Below are positions 39,972 to 50,215 of a DNA stretch of 64,000 nt, one piece after another. A program made the translations under genes and the position numbers. Origin of the DNA: an uncultured Nitrospiraceae bacterium (GTDB taxonomy: Bacteria > Nitrospirota > Nitrospiria > Nitrospirales > Nitrospiraceae); NCBI GenBank assembly GCA_963706325.1, contig CAVPLT010000004.1, positions 1,072,031 through 1,136,030 of the forward strand, given 5' to 3'. Below the pieces are notes generated by a model that was given only the letters and a program-made list of their open reading frames with translations, searched no databases and was not told the DNA's origin. Within the stretch, counting starts at the first letter, position 1; each line of letters opens with the position of its first letter.

Positions 39972-40517
39972 ATGCATAAACTAAATTTTAACTCATCCCC
40001 CTCTCACTCTGTGAAGAATAAAGTGGGAAGGGTTTTATGGAGAACAGTCTGGCTGTTACTTTATCGTCCAAGTCCCAGATTTGCTCATGGATGGAGACGG
40101 TTCCTGTTGCGTCTGTTTAAAGCAAAAATCGGCAACGCAGCTCATCCTTATCCGTCAGCAATTATATGGGCCCCATGGAACCTTGAAATGGGACAGCATA
40201 GCTGCCTTGGGGATCATACTGATTGCTATTGTGTAGACAAGATTACAATAGGGCCTCATTCCACAATTAGCCAATACAGCTTTCTCTGCACGGCCAGCCA
40301 TGATTATGAACAATTGGGATTCCCTGTCATCACCGCACCTATCACAATTGGGGAACAATCCTGGATAGCTGCAGATGTGTTTGTGGGGCCTGGGGTCACT
40401 ATTGGAAATGGTGCTGTGATAGGAGCCAGATCAACGGTTTTTCAAAGTGTAGCCGACTGGACAGTTGTGGTGGGAAACCCGGCAAGGGAAATCAAAAAAA
40501 GAAGTTGCAGTGCATGA
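39972..40517 (+). CDS. WcaF-like acetyltransferase
   Basis: WRRFLLRLF, PWNLEMG, SQYSFLCTASHDY, GNPA. Confidence 0.88.
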   Translation: MHKLNFNSSPSHSVKNKVGRVLWRTVWLLLYRPSPRFAHGWRRFLLRLFKAKIGNAAHPYPSAIIWAPWNLEMGQHSCLGDHTDCYCVDKITIGPHSTISQYSFLCTASHDYEQLGFPVITAPITIGEQSWIAADVFVGPGVTIGNGAVIGARSTVFQSVADWTVVVGNPAREIKKRSCSA

Positions 40518-41596
40518 GCAATAATCATAACTCCGAGGTGGAGAATACGCTAATGAGAGAAAAACCCAAGCCTGTTGCGACTGTGGTTATCACCACTAGA
40601 AATCGCATGGAAATGCTGCAACCGGCCATTGTCTCGGCCCTATCACAGCAAGGTGAGATCGAAGTACTTGTCATGGACGATGCTTCCACAGATGGGAGCG
40701 TCGAGATGGTTAAGAGGACTTTCCCTACCGTTCGGATTGTCACCTCACCAAAACGCTGTGGTCTTATCGTTCAAAGAAATCGAGCAGCCAAACTGGCGCG
40801 TGCCCCTATTATTTTTTCTCTAGACGATGACGCAATCTTTACGTCTCGTCATGTTATTTCTCAAGCGCTACCATATTTCAAGGATGAAAGAGTCGGCGCA
40901 CTGGCTCTCCCGTTAATTAACATTATTGACGGCCTGAAGCGGGAGTTCTATGCAGGGAGACCAACACAAGAAGATGCCTTCTGGGTTATGCATTCATTCA
41001 CTGGTGCCGCTTATGCGGTCAGACGCGATATATTCTTAACACTGGGAGGATTTCAGGGACACCTTTTTCACTGGGGAGAAGAGCCCGAGTATTCTCAGCG
41101 AATGCTTAATGCTGGAAGAGTGGTCCGGTTGGCAATCACGGATCCTATCCATCATTTCCCGGCAGCGGAAGGGAGGCACAAGAGAGGCAAGAATGTGTGG
41201 CTCTATCGAAACATGATTTTAGCCTCATGGTATACCGCACCGCGATCCCTGTTATTCCCAATCCTCGCGGTTCAAACCGTTCGTTGCCTCGCAAGGGGTG
41301 CTAGCAACATTCGTCAGTTGCCCATTGCAATTGAAGGTCTAGTTCGCGGTTATGCCTCGTGTCTAGCTAGGGGGGCAAAGCGAACGCCGATTTCCTCTCA
41401 AACATTCAAGTTATTCGTTGAACTGAACAAGCGACGATTTGTGCCATACGAAGAAATCGCTTCCAGGCTGGCTCCGCTAGAATTTCTAGCAGGGGTCGGA
41501 CGAGAAAAATTACGAATCACCAGGAGCTGGCCGCCAAGACCTGGTGATCGGTCAGAGAGAACTGAATGTCGCCTTCGATGTTGCCGCTATCCGTGA
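40514..41596 (+). CDS. Glycosyltransferase family 2
   Basis: VVITTRNR, DDASTD, SLDDDA, WGEE. Start uncertain (40514 or 40553). Confidence 0.85.
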   Translation: MSNNHNSEVENTLMREKPKPVATVVITTRNRMEMLQPAIVSALSQQGEIEVLVMDDASTDGSVEMVKRTFPTVRIVTSPKRCGLIVQRNRAAKLARAPIIFSLDDDAIFTSRHVISQALPYFKDERVGALALPLINIIDGLKREFYAGRPTQEDAFWVMHSFTGAAYAVRRDIFLTLGGFQGHLFHWGEEPEYSQRMLNAGRVVRLAITDPIHHFPAAEGRHKRGKNVWLYRNMILASWYTAPRSLLFPILAVQTVRCLARGASNIRQLPIAIEGLVRGYASCLARGAKRTPISSQTFKLFVELNKRRFVPYEEIASRLAPLEFLAGVGREKLRITRSWPPRPGDRSERTECRLRCCRYP

Positions 41597-42456
41597 TAAT
41601 CCTGACCTTTAATGAAGAGAGTAACATTGGTGCTTGTTTGGAAAGCGTTATCCCATGGGCCCAGGAGGTATTGGTCGTAGATTCGGGGAGTACAGACCGT
41701 ACTTTGGACATTGTGGGATCTTATGGAGCGAGAGTCTTTAGCCACCCGTTCCAAAACTATTCACACCAAAGAAACTGGGCTCAGGAGAACTTACCGTTAT
41801 CTTATGAATGGGTATTTCATATCGATGCTGACGAACGAGTATCGCTCGAACTTGCCCAAGGCGTCCGCAAGTTCTTCAGTGACGCATCAAACGAACAGCA
41901 CGTTTCAGGGCTCATGGTTCGGCGCAAGATAATATTTTTCGGAAAACCCATCGTGCATGGCGGCCTTTATCCCACTTATCACTGCAGAATCTTTCGGAAA
42001 CAGCGTGGCCGTTGTGAAGACCGAGAGTACGACCAACACTTTCTAATTGATGGCAAAACCTGCACGATCGAGGCAGACTTATTGGAACTCACCGCCACCT
42101 CTCTCTTTTCATGGACTGCTAGGCATAACAAGTGGGCACAAATGGAGGCCAAGCAGCTGTTACTTGGAACTCGTGAGGGCCAAGCCGTTTCTGTTCAACC
42201 AAAACTTACTGGTTCGCCGATTGAACGACGAAGATGGTTACGGGCCCGTGTGTATGAAAGTTCTCCGCTGTTTTTACGGCCCTTATTGTACTTCTTCACA
42301 CGATACCTGTTTAGAGGGGGATTTCTGGATGGCACCCCAGGTCTGATTTATCACGTCTTGCAGGGCTTCTGGTTTCGGTTTTATGTGGACGCGTGTTGCT
42401 ACGAACTGCATCAACGCGAGAAGCCCTCGCTTACACGGTATTCCGAAAAGAAATAG
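41566..42456 (+). CDS. Glycosyltransferase family 2 (WaaE/beta-glucosyltransferase-like)
   Basis: LSVIILTFNEE, VDSGSTDRT, QRNWA, IDADE, GFLDG. Confidence 0.9.
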   Translation: MSPSMLPLSVIILTFNEESNIGACLESVIPWAQEVLVVDSGSTDRTLDIVGSYGARVFSHPFQNYSHQRNWAQENLPLSYEWVFHIDADERVSLELAQGVRKFFSDASNEQHVSGLMVRRKIIFFGKPIVHGGLYPTYHCRIFRKQRGRCEDREYDQHFLIDGKTCTIEADLLELTATSLFSWTARHNKWAQMEAKQLLLGTREGQAVSVQPKLTGSPIERRRWLRARVYESSPLFLRPLLYFFTRYLFRGGFLDGTPGLIYHVLQGFWFRFYVDACCYELHQREKPSLTRYSEKK

Positions 42457-42506
42457 CCTGCAGCTAGGATTGTTCATTCCTCCTGAGCACCACAACATCG
42501 TTACAA

Positions 42507-43724
42507 ATGAAATTATTCTTCGTCAATCGTTTCTTCTATCCGGACCATTCAGCCACCAGCCAGCTTTTAACGGACTTGGCATGTTGTTTGGCTCGATTAA
42601 ATATGGACGTTTGGGTGGTAACCGGTCGGCAGGCCTACGACAATCCTGATGCTATCTTGGAGGATGGGAACTTGGTGCAAGGTGTCCACATCATACGCCT
42701 GTGGTCCAGCCGCTTCGGACGCCAACGGTTATGGGGACGAGCGATCGACTATGGCACCTTTTATTTGAGCGCGCTATGGTGCTTGCTAAGAAGCGTCCAA
42801 GCCGGTGACGTCGTCGTTGCCAAGACGGACCCCCCTTTGATTTCAGTCATCGCCGACGTTGCCACCAGGTTGCGAGGCGCAATCCTGATCAATTGGATTG
42901 AAGACCTATTTCCCGAAGTTGCCTCGGCCTTGGCTCTGCAGGGAACCGGTTGGCTCGAGCGCCCGCTCCGTACCATTAGGAATAGATCGCTGCTGACAGC
43001 CCGACGAAATGTCGTCATTGGGGAGGGTATGGCAAAGAGGCTTCGAGGGGAGGGGATTCCATCTGACAGTATTAAGGTAATCCACAATTGGGCCGATGGA
43101 CTGGCCATTCAACCCATTGATGCCCAGAAAAACGAGCTAAGGCGCGAGTGGAATCTTGACGATAAATTCGTGGTGGGCTACTCAGGTAATTTTGGAAGGG
43201 CTCATGAGTTCCGCACGATCCTTTCAGCAGCGGAGATCCTTCGAGATCATACACGTATCATATTTCTCTTCATTGGAGCCGGTGCCCAATTGGCATCGAT
43301 GCGCCATGAAGTTGAAAGTAAACGATTGAGAAATGTCATATTCAAGCCCTATCAGCCACGGGATCAGCTTTCGATGAGTCTCAGCGTGCCTGACATTCAT
43401 GTGATTTCGCTTTTGCCCGCACTCGAAGGCTTGATCGTTCCAAGCAAATTTTATGGTATTGCAGCAGCAGGAAGGCCGATGCTCTATATCGGCGACAAGG
43501 AGGGAGAACTTCCACAGTTGATACGAAGCGGGCAATGTGGCTTCTCGGTGGAGGTGCATCAGGACAAGGAAGCAGCCGCTGTCATTAACAGGGTGGCTCG
43601 AGATACGGCCGCTTGCAGGCGATTAGGAGATCGGGCACGGATTCTATTCCACCAGCGATTCGAGAGATCTTATGCGGAGCGAGCATGGCAAAGGGTGATC
43701 GCAGAAGCAATACATCAGGCATGA
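42507..43724 (+). CDS. Glycosyltransferase family 4 (WcaI-like)
   Basis: NRFFYPD, TDPP, DLFPE, HNWAD, YSGNFG, VPSKFY. Confidence 0.9.
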   Translation: MKLFFVNRFFYPDHSATSQLLTDLACCLARLNMDVWVVTGRQAYDNPDAILEDGNLVQGVHIIRLWSSRFGRQRLWGRAIDYGTFYLSALWCLLRSVQAGDVVVAKTDPPLISVIADVATRLRGAILINWIEDLFPEVASALALQGTGWLERPLRTIRNRSLLTARRNVVIGEGMAKRLRGEGIPSDSIKVIHNWADGLAIQPIDAQKNELRREWNLDDKFVVGYSGNFGRAHEFRTILSAAEILRDHTRIIFLFIGAGAQLASMRHEVESKRLRNVIFKPYQPRDQLSMSLSVPDIHVISLLPALEGLIVPSKFYGIAAAGRPMLYIGDKEGELPQLIRSGQCGFSVEVHQDKEAAAVINRVARDTAACRRLGDRARILFHQRFERSYAERAWQRVIAEAIHQA

Positions 43725-43761
43725 AACTATTTCATTCGCTGCGTTTAAACGGAGTAATCAA

Positions 43762-44679
43762 ATGATGAAAAGCACTCGCACCATTGTGACGTTAGGTGTA
43801 GTGTCCGTGCTCGGGATTCTGGCAATGGCGATGTCGGACAGCACTATAACGACGCCCATCGCTCAGGCCAAAGCCGTGCCGGAGAAGAAACCGTTCATGG
43901 TGCTTGACGGTACGCTCTATACCGACAAACCGGATCTTTCTCAGCACGGAATCCAACCCATCACTATGGCTTATGTGAGCCAGTTCGGAAATGATTGGTA
44001 CAAGAATGCGTCACGTTTGCCTGAAAAGGCGGCTGTGCAAAAACTAGCCCGCGAAGCCCAAGAAAATACACGTCCTGTGGTGCTCGATATCGAACATTGG
44101 TCACTGAAGGGAAATTCCAGCCAAGTGCAGGATAGCCTATCAAAGTACATGACCGTCCTGCAGTGGTTCAAAGAGGCGGCTCCGGGTTTGACTGTCGGCT
44201 ACTATGGAGCTCCGCCCTTGCGCGACTACTGGAGGGCAATTAGTCCACCGACAAGCAAGGAGCGGAAATCGCTTTCAGAAGATAATGATCGGCTTCAACC
44301 TCTGGCAGAAGCGGTGGATATCCTATTTCCCCCACTCTACACCTTCTATACCGACCAAGGCGGATGGGTACGATATGCATATGGCCAGATAGCAGAAGCG
44401 CGACGCTGTGCAAATGGAAAGCCCGTCTATGTGTTTCTATGGCCTCAATACCACGACTCCAACCGCAAGCTCGCGGGATCGTATCTACCGGCTGATTACT
44501 GGCGGCTCGAATTGGAAACTGCGAAGCAATACGCCGATGGGATTGTTCTTTGGGGTGGGTGGGGAAGCAACAATCGGCCAGCCAAATGGGAGGACAATGC
44601 CGTCTGGTGGAAAGTGACAAAAGATTTCATGGCGACGGTCGTGTCATCCAATCATCCGGCCGATATAAAACCGAATTAG
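43762..44679 (+). CDS. Secreted TIM-barrel glycoside hydrolase-like protein (GH56 hyaluronidase-like motifs)
   Basis: N-terminal signal/anchor; VLDIEHW, VGYYG, NDRL...LFPPLY, GIVLWGG. Confidence 0.65.
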   Translation: MMKSTRTIVTLGVVSVLGILAMAMSDSTITTPIAQAKAVPEKKPFMVLDGTLYTDKPDLSQHGIQPITMAYVSQFGNDWYKNASRLPEKAAVQKLAREAQENTRPVVLDIEHWSLKGNSSQVQDSLSKYMTVLQWFKEAAPGLTVGYYGAPPLRDYWRAISPPTSKERKSLSEDNDRLQPLAEAVDILFPPLYTFYTDQGGWVRYAYGQIAEARRCANGKPVYVFLWPQYHDSNRKLAGSYLPADYWRLELETAKQYADGIVLWGGWGSNNRPAKWEDNAVWWKVTKDFMATVVSSNHPADIKPN

Positions 44680-44861
44680 CCGTTCTCTACCGTGACGTGC
44701 TCAAGCTGACGGAAGATCGCCTCATTCCGAGACATATGGGGTGAAAAACCAACTTGAGTTGTTGCTCAAGCAGATTTTACGACCCAACTTAATAAAGTAA
44801 AATTTGAAGTCACTATACCACTGGCAGCCCATTGAACAGCACACATATAGAGGCACCAAGC

Positions 44862-45656
44862 ATGAACATAATAGCAACAGACAAAAAACCCCTTACAGCT
44901 CAATATAACGAAAGATTTTACAACTCTCAGATGGACGGTTCTTATCGTAGTGCAAGTGAGTATGTAAAGTACCTATCACAGTTATACCAGCCAGAAAGCG
45001 TCATTGATTTCGGATGCGGAAGAGGCACTTGGTTAAAAGCCTTCAAAGACATAGGAGTTGAGCGACTAGTCGGTTTGGATGGGAAATGGAATAGTCAAGG
45101 TAGAATGGTAGAGCAATCAATAAAATTTGTTCCAGTTGATCTAAACGGGCCCGTTAACATATCCGAAAAATTCGACATAGCTATTTCGCTCGAAGTAGCA
45201 GAACACCTTAAAGACTCCTCTGCCGATAGCTTCGTAAATAACATGATTGCCTCTTCGGATGTGGTTATGTTCGGCGCTGCCTACCCTTCGCAAGGCGGCA
45301 CTGACCATATGAATGAACAGCCGCCTACCTATTGGGCAAATATTTTCTTGAAATATGGGTATGTACCGTATGACATTTTTAGACCAGTATTTTGGGGGAG
45401 TCCAACAGTTAGCTTCTGGTATCAACAAAACACTTTTTTATACGTTAGATCCAGTTCTAGAGTTAACGAAACACTGAAAAACATGGGTCATAAACCAATA
45501 CTAAACACTGCATTTATGAATTGTGTCCACCCAACCCTGTACAATTTGAAACTATCGTCCTTATCTGTAAAATCAATGGTTATTCATTCAATCAAAAAGG
45601 CTATTCCGAAAAGACTATATCCCGTAGCACTCAGAATCAAAGATTTCCTCACCTAA
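44862..45656 (+). CDS. Class I SAM-dependent methyltransferase (low GC)
   Basis: VIDFGCGRGTW, SLEVAEHL, QGGTDHMNEQ. A spot-counted line (45481-45540) is 40% GC. Confidence 0.88.
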   Translation: MNIIATDKKPLTAQYNERFYNSQMDGSYRSASEYVKYLSQLYQPESVIDFGCGRGTWLKAFKDIGVERLVGLDGKWNSQGRMVEQSIKFVPVDLNGPVNISEKFDIAISLEVAEHLKDSSADSFVNNMIASSDVVMFGAAYPSQGGTDHMNEQPPTYWANIFLKYGYVPYDIFRPVFWGSPTVSFWYQQNTFLYVRSSSRVNETLKNMGHKPILNTAFMNCVHPTLYNLKLSSLSVKSMVIHSIKKAIPKRLYPVALRIKDFLT

Positions 45657-45856
45657 GCCAAATATTTTTGCCTTTCATAACTATAAAAGGGGAGAAATGT
45701 TGGAAATGCTTCTTCCGGCTATGGCGTGGCAGCCCGATAGACTTGCCCTTTCCCCCGTCCGGTTCACCACCACAAGGAAGTTGACTCCTGTGGCATAGGC
45801 TCCCGTAACTCGAAACAGTCAAAAGGAGAATTTTCTGGCACACTAACCGAAGAGTG

Positions 45857-46118
45857 AGACGTCTGAGGCCGAGGCCGCCGGCACCCACGGGCTAACCGTG
45901 GCCGAGGTGGAGGACTGGCGGGAGAAATTTCTGTTGGGGCGGAGCACTCAAGAAAGGCAGCCGACGTTCCAGACCTTTGAGGAGGCGCGGCAAATCATTC
46001 GAGACTGGATCTAGTGGTACAACCACGCGCGCCCGCATCAGGCCTTGGGCTATCGAAGCCTGGTTTAATACCGAGCCCAACCATCAATCCAGGTGGCTTG
46101 ATTTCGGGGAGCACTACA
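45857..46118 (+). mobile_element. Internally deleted IS3-family remnant with right end
   Basis: OrfA fragment (HGLTVAEVEDWREKFLLG) joined to the OrfB C-terminus (FQTFEEARQIIRDWI*WYNHARPHQALGYRS), ending ...GGGGAGCACTACA (IS3-type CA terminus). Confidence 0.7.
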
Positions 46119-46767
46119 CGATTCTGAAAGAGGCCGATGCGGGTCGTCCCATCAATGAAATCTGGCGACACTACGGCATCGACTCGGCAACGTACTACAA
46201 ATGGAAGGCGAAGTGCGGCGGCCTCGATGCGTCGGATGTGAAGCGGTTGAAGGACCTGTAGCACGAGAACGGTCGGCTCAAACGGATGTATTCCGACCTC
46301 TCGTTGGAGAACCCGGCGCGAAAGGATGTCCTCGCAAAAAAGCTCTCAGGGTTGTTGAACGGCGGGAGGTCGTGACGCATCTGGTCACGGTGCACGGCCT
46401 TCCGGTTCAGCGGGGCTGCCGCGTGATGGGATAGAACCGGGCGACATACGATCGCTCCCTCGTGGATTGGGCCGGACGCGATGCCCCGGTGATCGCGGCG
46501 CTGACCACGCTCGTGGCCGCAAAGAGCGCTGGGGCTTTTGGAAGTGTTGTGATCGGCTCCAACTCGATGGCCATCCCTGGAATCAGAAACGACGATGGCG
46601 GGTGGACTGGCACCTCCGGTTCCACTTGCCGCGACGGACGAAGGAGCGGCTGCCGCCTCGTCGTGCTGCCCCATGCCAATGCGGTCTGGGCCGTCGATTT
46701 TATGAGCGACACGCTCGATGGCGGCCGTCGGGTCCGGACGTTATACGTGCTGGATGAAGGTGTCCGC
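46119..46767 (+). pseudogene. Decayed IS3-family (IS407-group-like) transposase orfA/orfB, truncated at the junction
   Basis: ILKEADAGRPINEIWRHYGIDSATYYKWKAK...KDL*HEN; OrfB RWGFWK...NAVWAVDFMSDTLDGGRRVRTLYVLDEGVR with stops and frameshifts. Confidence 0.8.
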
Positions 46768-47329
46768 AGTCCCGACAGCCTGACGCACGCGCTGTACGAG
46801 GCGGCGACGGCGGCGCTCGGCGGGGCGGGACACGAGGTCGTCGGCCTCGACCTGTACGCCGAGGGGCTGGCGCCGGCCATGTCCGCGGCGGAGCGGCGCG
46901 CGCTACCACACGGACCAGCCCATCCTCGATCCGCAGGTCGCCCGGCACGCCGAGCTGGTGCGCACGACCGAGGCGCTGGTGTTCGTGTACCCCACGTGGT
47001 GGGCGGCGCCGCCCGCCATCCTGAAGGGGTGGCTCGAGCGGGTGCTCGTGCCGGGCGTGGCCTTCCACCTCGATCCGAGGACGAGGCAAGGTGGCCGCGG
47101 CCTGCGGCACGTGCGCCGGCTCGTCGGCATCACGACCTACGGGTCGTCGCGCCGGTACGTGCGGTGCTCGGCGATCCGGCCGGCGCACGCTTCATGCGGG
47201 CGCTGCGGATGCTGTGCGCCCGTCGGTGCCGGCGCACGTGGCTCGCCCTGTACGGGATGGACACCGCCACCGTCGGCGAGCCGGCGCGGTTCCTCGACCG
47301 CGTCGCCGCAACGGATGGCCCGGCTGTGA
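46768..47329 (+). CDS. Flavodoxin-fold NAD(P)H:quinone oxidoreductase, 5'-truncated and frameshifted
   Basis: SPDSLTHAL...DLYAEG, LVFVYPTWWAAPPAILKGWLERV, ITTYGS. The N-terminal HAHP strand is missing. Confidence 0.75.
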
Positions 47330-47930
47330 GGGCGGAGGTGCTCGTGCACGCCCATCCGGTGGCCACCAGCTTCAGCGCCGCGCTGCGGGACTGCGCCGTG
47401 GCGGCGCTCGCGGCGCGCGGTCGACGACGTCGACGTGCTCGACCTGTACGCCGAGGGCTTCGACCCCTACCTCGACGCCGACGAGTGGGTCGCCGTGGAC
47501 CGGATACGCCCGGCGCGGGCGAGGACCGTCCGGACGACTCGCCGCCTACATCGCCCGCCTGCGCCGCGCCGACCACCTCGTGTTCGTCTACCCGACGTGG
47601 TTCGGGGGCCCGCCGGCGATGTTCAAGGGCTGGCTCGACCGCGTGTGGGTGGAAGGCGTGGCCTTCGAGAAGGTGCCCGGCAGCAACCGGCCCCGCGCCC
47701 GCCTGCAGCACGTCCGTTCGATCACGGTGATCACGACGTACGGCTCGTCGCGGCGGGTCAACATCGCTCGAGGGCGAGCCGGGCAAGCGCCTCGTCGCCG
47801 GTGGCTGCGGGTGCTGTGCCACCCGCTGGCCCGATCGCGCTGGCTCGCGCTCTACGACATGGACCGCACCACCGACGCCGGCGCGGCGCCGTTCCTCGAC
47901 CGCGTCGAGCGGGCATGGCCGCCTCGAGCG
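47326..47930 (+). CDS. Second flavodoxin-fold NAD(P)H:quinone oxidoreductase (frameshifted)
   Basis: VLVHAHPVATSF, LDLYAEGFDP, LVFVYPTWFGGPPAMFKGWLDRV, TTYGS. End approximate. Confidence 0.75.
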
Positions 47931-47932
47931 GA

Positions 47933-49200
47933 TCACGGGTCCACGCCGGTCCTCGCCCACGATGCGCGAGCCGCGGTCGTAGGTGACGTAGTTCCACGCC
48001 CAGTTGACCAGCACGTTGGCCCGGTTGCGGAAGCCGATCAGGTACAGCAGGTGCAGGCCGAGCCACGCCAGCCAGCCGAGACGCCGCAGAGGCGGATGCC
48101 GCCGGGCAGCTCGGCCACGGCGTCGTGGCGCCCGATCGTGGCCATCGAGCCCTTGTCGAAGTAGCGGAACGGCGACGTCGGCCGGCCGTCGAGCCGGGCG
48201 TGGATCATGCGGCCGGCGTGGCGGCCGCCCTGGATGGCCACCTGGGCCACGCCCGGCAGGGCCGCCGTCGGCCGTCGCCGGCCGCCGGCGGCGATGTCGC
48301 CGACGGCGAACACCTCGGGATGGTCGGGCACCGACAGGTCGGGGTTCACCACGAGGCGCCCGCCCCGCGCCGGCGGCGACGCCGCAGCGAACGCGCCAGC
48401 GGGCTGGCCTCGACGCCGGCCGTCCACACCAACGTGCCGGCGGGGATGCGGGTGCCGTCGCTCAGGTGCACGGCGTCGGCCTCCACCTTGTCGACGCCGA
48501 CGCCGAGCACGCACCTCGACGCCCCGCTTGGTAGCGACCGGTAGGGCCCGGTCGGGACAGCGTGGCGCGAACGTGCCGAGCAGGCGGTCGGCCGTCTCGA
48601 CGAGCACGATGCGGGCCCGGCGCACGTCGAGGTTCGGGTAGTCCTTGCGAACACCTTCGCGAACAGCTCGGCCAGCCCGCCGGCCAGCTCCACCCCGGTC
48701 GGGCCACCGCCGGCAGATCACGACGGTGAGCACGCCGTCGTCGACGGCTCGCCGGGTCGGTGGCCGCCCGCTCGAACGTGCGCAGGAGTGCGATCGCAGG
48801 GCGACGGCGTCGGCGAGGCGTCTTCAGCTCGAAGGCGTGCTCGCCCACGCCCGGCACGCCGTAGTCGGCGCCGACACCGCACCGGCGGCGATGACGAGGT
48901 GGTCGTAGGCGAGGTCGCCCTCGGTCGAGCACGACTCGCCGGCCGTCGAGATCGATGCCGGTGACCCGCTCCATGCGGAAGTCGACGTTGCGCTGGCGAT
49001 GGAAGATGCCGCGCGCCGGGAAGGCGACGTCGTCGGCGTCGAGACCGGCGGTGGCCACCTGGTACAGCAGCGGCTGGAAGGTGTGGAAGTTGTTGGCGTC
49101 GACGAGGGTGACGTCGACCGGTGCGTCGCGGAGGGCCTTGACCGCCGCCAGCCCGCCGAAGCCGGCGCCGATGACGACGACGCGTGGCGGCCTCGTACAC
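47933..49200 (-). CDS. ndh: Type II NADH dehydrogenase (frameshifted)
   Basis: VVVIGAGFGGL, FQPLLYQVATAGL, ELAGGLAE, VFAVGD, PGVAQVAIQGG, FRYFDKGSMATIGR. Confidence 0.85.
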
Positions 49201-49210
49201 GGCCGCGCCC

Positions 49211-50133
49211 TCACGCCGTCGCGCAGCCGATGCGCGAGCGCGCCACGCACCGGCCGCCACCGCGGCAGTTGTGCTCGGCCAGCGCGAGGTTGGCGGGCAC
49301 GCTGTCGCCGGCCGTGACGGCGGCGATGCGCTCCAGCACGTAGGGCGTGACGGCCGGGCCGGTGATGCTCGGCGTCGGCGGCGTCGGCCAGCGCGGCGGC
49401 GAGGACGTGCGTCGATCGGCGGCGGGTCGAGCTCGGCGTCCTGGCGGGATGGGCACGGCCAGCAGCACGCCGGCGTCGGTCGCGGGCCCGGTTGGCGAGC
49501 ACGGCCGCCACCTCCGCGGCCGACTCGACGCGGTGCGGCACGGGCAGCCCGGACGAGCGGGTGTAGAAGGCGGGGAACCAGTCGTGGCGCCAGCCGAGCA
49601 CCGGGACGCCGATGCGTCTCCAGCTCCTCGAGCGTGCGGGGGAGGTCGAGGAACGCCTTGGCGCCGGCGCACACGGTGACGAGCGGGTGGTGGGCGATGG
49701 CGCCGAGGTCGGCGGACACGTCACCGGTCACCTCGGCGCCGCGGTGCACGCCGCCGATGCCACCGGTGGCGAACACCGAGATGCCGGCGGCGTCGGCCAG
49801 GGCCAGCGCCGCCGACACCGTCGTGGCGCCGTACGGCCACGCCGGGCGACGGCGACGGCCAGGTCGCGCTCGGCCGCCTTGCGCGCCGGTCCGCAGATGC
49901 GGTCGTGCTCGCTCGGCGTCGACGCCCACCCGGGCGACGCCGTCGAGCACGGCCGTGAGGGCGGGCACGGCGCCGGCCGCCCGCACCGCGGCGACGCAGC
50001 GCTCGAGCGCTTCGGCGTTGGCCGGCTCGGGCAGGCCGAGGTTGGAGAAGATCGTCGACTCGAGCGCCACGACCGCCGCGCCGTCGGCCAGGGCGTCGGC
50101 CACCTCGGGGTGCACGAGTGGGGTGAGCGGCAC
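49211..50133 (-). CDS. psuG: Pseudouridine-5'-phosphate glycosidase (frameshifted)
   Basis: VVALESTI, ATTVSA, FATGGIGGVHRGA, SADL, CAGAKAFLDL, GPAVTPYVL. Confidence 0.85.
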
Positions 50134-50215
50134 GCCGGCATCCTGCCAGGCCGGTCGGCGGCGGCCGAAGGGCCGGGCCGAGCGGCCGAAGGGCGCGATC
50201 AGGCGATCGTGCCCG

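Noticed and set aside
46462..47730. 422-aa ORF appearing to fuse a transposase with a flavodoxin-like domain
   Set aside because: It spans the compositional junction, both parts are truncated, and it is best explained as a chimera artefact.
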